A stretch of 32,000 nucleotides of DNA, taken from positions 1 through 32,000 of the forward strand of contig CAWGRP010000004.1 in the NCBI GenBank assembly GCA_963825005.1, written 5' to 3'. This DNA comes from an uncultured delta proteobacterium (lineage in GTDB: Bacteria > Desulfobacterota > Syntrophorhabdia > Syntrophorhabdales > WCHB1-27). The notes below the pieces were generated by a model, which made no database searches, was not told the DNA's origin, and saw nothing but the letters and a program-made list of their open reading frames with translations. The translations under genes were made by a program, and so were the position numbers. This document shows positions 10,519 to 17,918 of the stretch, in pieces (within the stretch, counting starts at the first letter, position 1; each line of letters starts with the position of its first letter).

Positions 10519-11370
10519 CTACGAAAGTATGTAAAAGACTCTGGGCTTTGTCGGAGCGGCATCCGCAAAGAGCGGCGTCGTGCCGGGATACCCCACCTTT
10601 TGTGCGATCTCGACCGCGCTTTTGCCCTGGAGGTCCACAAAGGTGAGCTTCTGTTCGCCCTTTCCCTTGACCGATGTCAGGACTTTCACCTTGTGCGCCT
10701 TTATCGTCTTGTGCAGGAGGCTCTCCTCGTCCTCCAGGTCCCCGAAGATATTTGCCCTGGACGGACAGGTGCTCGTGCACATCGGTACCATGCCCTGCTT
10801 GATCCTGTGCATGCAGAAATGGCATTTCCTGGCCACCCCGACCGGCAGTTCGTTCTTGGCGCGGGGCCATTTCTTGCCGTATTCCCAGCTCGGGGCTTTC
10901 TCGTACTCCTCGATCTTGGGGGTACCCTCCGTATAGAAGGCTCCCGCGTCGAGGTTTCTCGCCTTATAGGGACAGGCGAGCACGCAACGGCCGCAGCCGA
11001 TGCACTGTTCGTAGTTGATCATCACGATACCGGCGCTCAGGCCTTTCGTGCTTTTCCAGGTGGCCTTGCCCTCACCTTTGTTCGGGCACGCGGCGACGCA
11101 GGCAGGGTTATCGCACTGGTTGCAGAGTCTCGGCGTGAATCTCCTTTTCACGGCGGGGAATGTGCCGAACTCCTCCTCGTAGACCGGTCTGTAGACAATG
11201 CCGGGCGGGCTCTTCTGCTCCGCGACGCATCCGGCAGTGCAGGCCTTGCAGGACGTGCATCTCCTGAGGTCGATGAGCATGGCCCATCGAGGGTTGGGCG
11301 TATTTAATGCCCTTCTGATATCCTCCTGGACCACGACCAATTCATCTCTGCCTTCATACATAGGACTCAC
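10519..11370 (-). CDS. TtrB-like 4Fe-4S ferredoxin-type electron transfer subunit
   Basis: Multiple Cys clusters: CTSCKACTAGC, CNQCDNPACVAACP, CIGCGRCVLACPYKARN, CHFCMHR...CTSTCP; immediately upstream of the TtrA-like gene. Confidence 0.85.
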   Translation of the reverse strand: MSPMYEGRDELVVVQEDIRRALNTPNPRWAMLIDLRRCTSCKACTAGCVAEQKSPPGIVYRPVYEEEFGTFPAVKRRFTPRLCNQCDNPACVAACPNKGEGKATWKSTKGLSAGIVMINYEQCIGCGRCVLACPYKARNLDAGAFYTEGTPKIEEYEKAPSWEYGKKWPRAKNELPVGVARKCHFCMHRIKQGMVPMCTSTCPSRANIFGDLEDEESLLHKTIKAHKVKVLTSVKGKGEQKLTFVDLQGKSAVEIAQKVGYPGTTPLFADAAPTKPRVFYILS

Positions 11371-11648
11371 CCCCCAGCTATTTCAAACGACTCTTGATAC
11401 CATGTGAAATTTGCTTTTAGTATGTCGGCCCGATGTTACACTGGTATGAAGAAGCGGTTAATTCTTTGTCAAGAACCGTTGTGACGGACTCGGGGCAGCT
11501 TTATCCTTTCCGCGATCTTGACATGGAAGCCGGAATGCTCAACATTAGGGCTCGATTTCAAGAAGGTGAACAAAGGCCCACCGACACGGAAAAAGGCTTG
11601 GTGGAACAACATTGGGCCACAGGAAAAAGGATCTTCGTCTTCACGACG

Positions 11649-12731
11649 TTACGGCGTCTCCACTCCCGCTACCTGACAGTATTGAGCTGAAAAATACCGC
11701 CTCTGAAAATAGAGTGCCACATTCACCAGGCCGATGAGCGCGGGCACTTCGACCAGCGGGCCGATGACCGCTGCAAAAGCCTGTCCCGAATTGATGCCGA
11801 AGACCGAGACGGCCACAGCGATGGCGAGTTCAAAGTTGTTGCTTGCCGCGGTAAAGGAGAGGGTTGCGCTTTTTTCATAATCCGCCCCGAACTTTTTACC
11901 CATGTAAAAAGAGGCAAGGAACATTATCACAAAGTAGATGAGGAGCGGTATCGCGATCCTCACCACGTCGAGAGGCAGCTTGACGATGTACTCGCCTTTC
12001 AGGGTAAACATGACGATGATGGTGAAGAGGAGGGCGATAAGAGTGATGGGGCTTATCTTCGGCACGTAGACCGTGTCGAACCATGTCCGGCCCTTGAGCT
12101 TGATGAGGCCGAACCGACTTATGATACCGGCGATAAAAGGGATGCCAAGGTAGATGAAGACGCTTTCCGCGATCTGACCGATGCTCACCTGCACGATCGT
12201 GCCTTTCAGGCCAAAGAGCGGTGGAAAGACGGTGATGAAGATGTACGCGTAGACTGAATAGAGGAGGACCTGGAATATAGAGTTAAACGCCACAAGGCCG
12301 GCCGCATACTCCCGGTCTCCGCAGGCCAGATCGTTCCAGACGATCACCATGGCGATGCAGCGGGCGAGGCCGATCATAATCAGGCCGTACATGTAGTCAG
12401 GATATCCCCCGAGGAAAATGATGGCAAGGAAGAACATGAGAAAGGGGCCGATCACCCAGTTCTGAACGAGGGAGAGCGCAAGGACTTTCTTGTTCCTGAA
12501 TGCCTCACCCATCTCCTCGTACTTCACCTTGGCAAGCGGTGGGTACATCATGAGGATGAGGCCGATGGCGATGGGGATATTGGTGGTGCCGGACTGAAAG
12601 AGATTGATGAAGTTATTGATAGCAGGGTAAAGATACCCGAGCCCCACCCCGAAGAACATGGCAAGAAAGATCCACAAGGTAAGGAAACGGTCGAGGAAAG
12701 AGAGTTTTTTCGATATACCTTCGGTCATCAC
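11649..12731 (-). CDS. acr3: ACR3-family arsenite efflux permease
   Basis: Ten-TM-like protein; [82 protein letters not shown]. Confidence 0.95.
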   Translation of the reverse strand: MMTEGISKKLSFLDRFLTLWIFLAMFFGVGLGYLYPAINNFINLFQSGTTNIPIAIGLILMMYPPLAKVKYEEMGEAFRNKKVLALSLVQNWVIGPFLMFFLAIIFLGGYPDYMYGLIMIGLARCIAMVIVWNDLACGDREYAAGLVAFNSIFQVLLYSVYAYIFITVFPPLFGLKGTIVQVSIGQIAESVFIYLGIPFIAGIISRFGLIKLKGRTWFDTVYVPKISPITLIALLFTIIVMFTLKGEYIVKLPLDVVRIAIPLLIYFVIMFLASFYMGKKFGADYEKSATLSFTAASNNFELAIAVAVSVFGINSGQAFAAVIGPLVEVPALIGLVNVALYFQRRYFSAQYCQVAGVETP

Positions 12732-12774
12732 AGACTCCTCTTCAGCTTTGGCACTGGTGTCGACCTTTCAAGAG

Positions 12775-13137
12775 TTAGTTTGTCGCACAGCAGCGATTGA
12801 TCGGGATGACGTCGCCTCTGCTCTTGCAGAACTCCCCAAGCCGCCTCCGGTCCTGCTTCATCGTTGTCTCAGGGATCCGTTCCAGCACGGACAGCAGGAG
12901 GAACCTCTTGAAGAGATCAGCGTCATCCAGCCTGTAATGCATCCACTTCCCTTCTTTGCGGTCTTTCAGGAGTCCTGCTGACTTGAGCACGCCGAGATGA
13001 AAGGATACCTTCGGCTGGCTCATGTCGAATGCGGCGACGATCTCGCAGACGCAGAGTTCGCCGTGCTCAAGAAGCTTGAGAATTCTGAGCCGCGTTTCGT
13101 CGGAGAGGGCTTTCAATATGGTCACCATTTCTTTCAT
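12775..13137 (-). CDS. arsR: ArsR-family transcriptional repressor
   Basis: ALSDETRLRILKLLEHGELCVCEIVAAFDMSQPKVSFHLGVLKSAGLLKDRKEGKWMHYRL; start overlaps the arsC stop. Confidence 0.95.
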   Translation of the reverse strand: MKEMVTILKALSDETRLRILKLLEHGELCVCEIVAAFDMSQPKVSFHLGVLKSAGLLKDRKEGKWMHYRLDDADLFKRFLLLSVLERIPETTMKQDRRRLGEFCKSRGDVIPINRCCATN

Positions 13138-13590
13138 CGGCTGCCTCCGCTCGATTGCTCGTCAATAAGCTCTTCGACCTTTCCCTTGATCTGATCCCGT
13201 ATCTTTCTTGTCTTCGCCAGCTTTTCTTCATGGGTTCCTGTAAGGCTAGCCGGATTCTCGAAAGGCCACTGAAGACGCGTCACGCGACCGGGGAAAATGG
13301 GGCATCGTTCAGCCGAGGATTCGTCACAAACCGTTATTACGTAGTCGTACAGCCTGCCCTCCTTGTAGAGGCTGAAAACAGACTTGGCCTGATTAGCAGA
13401 AATATCGATGCCCACCTCCTTCATGACCTCTATCGCAAGAGGGTTCGAGGGGTCCCGGTTCAAGGCCGGCGCTCTCCGCTTCAAAGAGGTCTCCGGCCAT
13501 CTTGTTCAAGAACGCCTCGGCCATCTGGCTTCTCGCGGTATTGTGGACGCACACGAACAACACCCGATATTTTTCCTCGCTACTCATTTG
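13134..13590 (-). CDS. arsC: Arsenate reductase, low-molecular-weight phosphatase/thioredoxin type (ArsC), frameshifted in the given sequence
   Basis: N-terminus [45 protein letters not shown] lies in ORF 13393..14388; the remainder [24 protein letters not shown]...[18 protein letters not shown] lies in ORF 13134..13484. Frameshift near 13450. Confidence 0.9.
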
Positions 13591-14388
13591 CACCCCTCCA
13601 CATAGACGCTCACGACATAATCCTAATCGATTCATTCTTCTTTGAGGCTTGCCCAGAACCGCTTTGCCCAAGGGATCCTCGGTATCGGGACCAGGGCAGC
13701 ACGCACCGGAGGGTTTAACGGTGACTTTCGTGCTGCCAAGGCCGGACGCTTCTGCGAGCTTCTGGTATTCATCCATGCTAACGGCGCCGGCGATGCAGCC
13801 GACGTAGGCCTCCACGCTCTCTCGGACATCCTGGGGCAGATCTTTGAGCAGCGCCATATCGGAAATCGCCACTCTGCCCCCTGGCTTTAACACACGGTAG
13901 ATCTCCTTGAAGACTCTGCGCTTGTCTGCCGACAGGTTGACGACGCAGTTACTGATGACCACGTCCACGGAGCTGTCGGCGACGGGCAGGTTCTCGATCT
14001 CGCCGAGCCTGAACTCCACGTTTGAAATCCCGCTCTTCTTCGCGTTCTCCCGGGCTTTTTCGAGCATAGCGGGTGTCATGTCGACACCGATCACCCTGCC
14101 CGAGGAGCCTACCTTTGAAGCCGCCAGGAAGCAATCGAACCCTGCCCCGGAGCCCAAATCGAGCACGATCTCACCTTCACTGAGACTTGCCAGAGCAGTC
14201 GGATTGCCACAGCTTAAGCCCAGGTTGGCGTCATCAGGTATTGCAGCAAGCTCGACCTCCGAATAGCCGATCGATTTGGCAAACTGCTTGTTGTTGTCAG
14301 GGCCGCAACTGGTGCAGCAGCTTTTTCCCTTCTCGGCAATGCCGCTGTATGCTTCCCGCACGTTTTTCCTGATCTCCAGCTCGTCCAT
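13587..14388 (-). CDS. arsM: Arsenite S-adenosylmethionine methyltransferase (ArsM-like); C-terminal end disturbed by apparent indels
   Basis: [88 protein letters not shown]. Start at 14388 preceded by AAGGAGGAG. Confidence 0.9.
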
Positions 14389-14408
14389 AGCTCCTCCTTC
14401 GGTGACAT

Positions 14409-14432
14409 ATATATCAATTGATATTGATATAT
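14409..14432. promoter_or_regulatory. Perfect inverted repeat ATATATCAAT-TGAT-ATTGATATAT, likely ArsR operator
   Basis: 10-bp perfect arms with 4-bp spacer, 20 bp upstream of the arsM start, ahead of a cassette that encodes ArsR. Confidence 0.85.
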
Positions 14433-14680
14433 GATATGCATTACAAGCTTATATGTCAATACTTGTTGCGCTAATCTTATAAACACAAATTGTTATAGCC
14501 AGATACCCAAGGTACGGAGCGATACTCATCCCGATCATCCTTGCTGTTGAAAATGCTCTCTGGAAAGTATGTACCGTCTGATCTTTGACAATGGATTTCA
14601 AACGTGAATCATGTTACTAAAAATGCGTGCGATAGGCTCTATCAGATTTTCTAGCTCTTGCGAACTGAGGAGGTAATCAT

Positions 14681-14989
14681 ATGGCACATTTTAAAGCGGG
14701 ATGAGTCGACTGAGGCGAGGACTACACACCGCCGGCAGTTAGCTGGCGCATGCTGAAATTTCCTGACGATACGCAATGCAGCCTGTTCGGTCTGGATGAG
14801 ATACTGGCCGAACTTTACGATGAGGGCAGGAAGGCTAGTGACGAGACCGCGCACGAGATCATTGCAAGGTTGGAGGCTATGAAGAACTATATCCCTTCCT
14901 CAGACAGTGTTCGCAGAGAATATGCTTATCTCCTGCTGAAGGAGTATAGGAAGTACGTTAAGCAAAAAGCCGACGACAGTACGAGGTAG
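14681..14989 (+). CDS. Small protein, candidate selenoprotein with two in-frame UGA codons (MAHFKAG-U-VD-U-GEDYTPPAVSWRMLKFPDDTQCSLFG...)
   Basis: ATG at 14681 with strong SD (GAGGAGGT) is in frame with ORF 14750..14989; only TGA codons at 14702 and 14711 interrupt. The internal ATG at 14750 lacks an SD. A GC-rich hairpin lies at 14731-14747. Confidence 0.4.
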
Positions 14990-15005
14990 AGCGCGCCTCC
15001 GATAC

Positions 15006-15842
15006 ATGGCAGTCGGCAAGGAGCTCGGGCTGGAAGCCGTGCAGATCATGCAGAAAACGATCTTTAGCATACCAAAGATGGACTGTCCTTCAGAAGAGCG
15101 AATGATACGGATGAAACTGGACGGACTGAAGACAATCCAATCCCTGCGGTTTGACCTGCCGGGGCGTACGCTGGAGGTGTACCATACGGGTGGCTACGAT
15201 AACCTGCTCGAAGCCCTTGAAACCCTGCGGCTCAACGCAAAGGTCATTTCATCTGAACCAGTCGATGTGGTGAGCACAGGGGAGGTTTGTCGTCAGGAAA
15301 GCCGCGTTCTCCGGCAGGTTCTTGCCATCAACTTCTTCTTTTTTGCACTTGAGATGCTCACCGGTTTCATCGCCGGCTCAATGGGTCTTGTAGCTGACAG
15401 CCTGGATATGCTGGCCGATAGCATTGTCTATGTTCTTTCGCTGTTCGCTGTCGGAGGGACGGCCTCACGTAAGAAGAAAATTGCCGGAGCAGCCGGCTAT
15501 TTTCAACTGACTCTGGCCCTTTTAGGATTCGCGGAGGTTATCAGACGTTTTGTGGAACGCGGTGAGACGCCGGACTTTCATCTGATGATCGTCATTTCTC
15601 TGCTCGCTCTGGTAGGTAATTCGATCTGTCTCTATCTCCTTCAGAAGTCTCAAAGCCGGGAAGCCCATATGCAAGCGAGCATGATTTTCACGTCTACCGA
15701 TGTTATCGTGAACCTCGGCGTAATCACGGCGGGTGTTCTCGTGTACCTGACAGCTTCGAAATTGCCTGACCTGGCAGTAGGAACAATCGTATTCATACTC
15801 GTCGGAAGAGGTGCGTATAGAATCCTGCAATTGCGCAAATAG
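15006..15842 (+). CDS. Cation diffusion facilitator-like transporter with N-terminal HMA-like domain
   Basis: N-terminal KTIFSIPKMDCPSEERMIRMKLDGLKTI (metal-binding-like ferredoxin fold) followed by CDF-like FFALEMLTGFIAGSMGLVADSLDMLADSIVYVLSLFAVG. Confidence 0.82.
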   Translation: MAVGKELGLEAVQIMQKTIFSIPKMDCPSEERMIRMKLDGLKTIQSLRFDLPGRTLEVYHTGGYDNLLEALETLRLNAKVISSEPVDVVSTGEVCRQESRVLRQVLAINFFFFALEMLTGFIAGSMGLVADSLDMLADSIVYVLSLFAVGGTASRKKKIAGAAGYFQLTLALLGFAEVIRRFVERGETPDFHLMIVISLLALVGNSICLYLLQKSQSREAHMQASMIFTSTDVIVNLGVITAGVLVYLTASKLPDLAVGTIVFILVGRGAYRILQLRK

Positions 15843-15871
15843 ACCGTGATCTTTTCTAAGCAATCATCCGC

Positions 15872-16327
15872 TCAGCACTCTATAACCTGGCCGCCTAACT
15901 TCTTCCTGAGCTGACGGACGGGCTGCTCTTTGAGAAGCGGAAAAAGCCTTCTCTTTTCTTTGGGCAAGAAAATTACATCATACCCTTTCTTTGCCTCGGT
16001 CATCACGGTCGATACCACATCTTCCGTTTCTACCGGGCAGATTGCGAGGGAGACGCCGGTGTTGAGCGCCTTCTTGCGGAGTTCCTCTGCCTCTGCGCTC
16101 GCGCGAGCGAGCACCTGATCGCGAATGTAGAGTAGAAACTGCGCCTTACTGGGACGGGTTGCTACCAGGTCGTTGTGACCGTAGTGGTAAAGATCGGAAG
16201 TAAGGATCTGAAGCGCAACTATTTTTTTCGACGAAGCCCGGGCAAGGCGGAAAGCGGCCTCCACCGCGTCGTCACAGTCGGCGCCGGTCAAAACGAGGAG
16301 AATAGTATTCATAGGGCCGATCTTCAA
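15872..16327 (-). CDS. Universal stress protein-like small protein
   Basis: MNTILLVLTGADCDDAVEAAFRLARASSKKIVALQIL..., C-terminal PVRQLRKKLGGQVIEC; UspA-like layout. Confidence 0.6.
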   Translation of the reverse strand: MKIGPMNTILLVLTGADCDDAVEAAFRLARASSKKIVALQILTSDLYHYGHNDLVATRPSKAQFLLYIRDQVLARASAEAEELRKKALNTGVSLAICPVETEDVVSTVMTEAKKGYDVIFLPKEKRRLFPLLKEQPVRQLRKKLGGQVIEC

Positions 16328-16497
16328 TATAACCCCATTACCTGCAAAAACCAGAGGACAAGCACGGCTCCGACACCCAGGACAATGGCGATGTACTCGT
16401 CCAGTCGGTGGCGCAACTGTTTTGCCGCTGACTCTGCTTCGACCTTCTTCAAATCGGCTACGTCCGGACTTTCTCTATTTTCCCTATTTTCAGCCAT
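16324..16497 (-). CDS. 57-aa single-TM protein (below the ORF track length cut-off)
   Basis: Hand-translated: MAENRENRESPDVADLKKVEAESAAKQLRHRLDEYIAIVLGVGAVLVLWFLQVMGLY; sits between the UspA-like and YeiH-like genes, overlapping the UspA-like start. Confidence 0.6.
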   Translation of the reverse strand: MAENRENRESPDVADLKKVEAESAAKQLRHRLDEYIAIVLGVGAVLVLWFLQVMGLY

Positions 16498-16537
16498 AGT
16501 AGATCTCCTGTCGCTTCAGGCCCCCGGGCCGCCTGTC

Positions 16538-17704
16538 CTATTTAAATACACCGAATTTTATCAAGATCAGGATCAACCCCACGCATATGCCGACTCTCAG
16601 GCATCCCGCTACATAGCCGATCAGAATGCCCTTCGGTCCGGCCTTTCTCAGATCGCCCAGCTTGGTCTGTAGCCCCAGACCGACAAAACAAAGGGTAAAG
16701 AACCAGTTCATCACCTTTTCCATGGCCTCGTTCGCCGGCTGCGGCCACAGGTGAAGGCAATTGCCGATCCATACGATAAGAAAGCCGAATACGAAGAGGG
16801 GGAACTTGTCTTTGAGAATCTGCCACGTATCAATCTTTGATGAGCGAAATTCCTGCGTCAGGGTCATGAAATAGATGAAAAGAACCCCGGCGGGAATGAG
16901 AACAACCCTCCCTATGTTAGAAAAACCTGCCACCTTGCCCGCCTCGAAACTGTAGTTGAATCCTGTAGCAATCACCTGGTTGGAATTGGGAACCCCCGCT
17001 GCGCACAGGATGCCGAACGTATAGCTTGATAGCTGGAGGAGTCTGCCGAAAAAAGGAAGCATAAAAAGGCAAAAGAGGCCGAAGGTGACCGAGACTGCAA
17101 TCGCGTACGCCACCTCCTCACTCTTGGCCCGCACCATTGGCGCTACCGCAACACAGGCCGAAACGCCGCACATGGAAAAAGCGGCTGAAAGAAGAGCGGT
17201 AAGGCTGTCTCCGAGCTTGAAGTAGCGGCCCATGAAAATAAAGACGAGCGCGCCTCCAAAGACCATCACTATCATCAGCAGGATACTGACGGCGCCCAGT
17301 TTGACCACGTCGCTTAGCATGTATTGAGATCCCAGCATGATGATGCCCACGTTCATAAAGACACCGCTGTATGTCAGGCCCGATTCCCACGACCTGGGAA
17401 CACCGACCACGTTCCGGATAAGTATGCCTACGACAAGGCCGATGACCACGTAGTTGAAGTGGAGCAGATCGACAAAAAGCCCCTTGCCGTAAATTGGAGG
17501 CAGCACCGCGTCGATGTATGCCAGCAGGTTCTGGATAGTGAAAGGAAAGTCGACCCCTGGCAATCCGCAAAGAACGGCAATGATTATCATCGCGAGAAGC
17601 CCCGGCCAGCTCGCCTTAAAGCTCGGGAGCGAACTCCATATTGTCGGCTTTCGAACCAGAGCCGCTTCGCTCAAGGCTTTTTCATATGTCGCATCTTGTG
17701 CCAT
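16538..17704 (-). CDS. YeiH/UPF0324-family putative membrane transporter
   Basis: Multi-TM; GLFVDLLHFNYVVIGLVVGILIRN, GVFMNVGIIMLGSQYMLSDVVKLG, SMCGVSACVAVAPMVRAKSEEVAYAIAVSVTFG. Confidence 0.85.
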   Translation of the reverse strand: MAQDATYEKALSEAALVRKPTIWSSLPSFKASWPGLLAMIIIAVLCGLPGVDFPFTIQNLLAYIDAVLPPIYGKGLFVDLLHFNYVVIGLVVGILIRNVVGVPRSWESGLTYSGVFMNVGIIMLGSQYMLSDVVKLGAVSILLMIVMVFGGALVFIFMGRYFKLGDSLTALLSAAFSMCGVSACVAVAPMVRAKSEEVAYAIAVSVTFGLFCLFMLPFFGRLLQLSSYTFGILCAAGVPNSNQVIATGFNYSFEAGKVAGFSNIGRVVLIPAGVLFIYFMTLTQEFRSSKIDTWQILKDKFPLFVFGFLIVWIGNCLHLWPQPANEAMEKVMNWFFTLCFVGLGLQTKLGDLRKAGPKGILIGYVAGCLRVGICVGLILILIKFGVFK

Positions 17705-17918
17705 GTCTCATGTCTCCTTATCGGGGAACTGCTACCCTCATATCGCCACCCCCAACCGTTACACCTGGCCCGCCCAAGCCCGCCCGGGAGGCGACGAAGT
17801 CCGGATGCAGAACGAGGCGGACGCGAGACGAGAACCGGAGGCGTGCTGCAATGCACGTCGAGGATTCGCGACGAAGCGGTCAACGAAGTTATGCGCCGGA
17901 ATCCGTCGCCTCCCCTTG

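Noticed and set aside
11433-11690. Plus-strand ORF in the ttrB-acr3 gap
   Set aside because: It runs into the 3' end of acr3 on the other strand, has no recognised motif or clear SD, and looks like a spurious ORF.
14461-14474. 14-mer ACTTGTTGCGCTAA repeated exactly at 14461-14474 and 29581-29594, both intergenic
   Set aside because: A rough expectation for identical 14-mers in 32 kb is on the order of one or more pairs by chance, the element is not palindromic, and no third copy was seen.
14681-14704. TGGCAC in ATGGCACATTTTAAAGC as a possible sigma54 promoter
   Set aside because: The -12 GC is not at the required spacing and the sequence overlaps a good SD/start codon.
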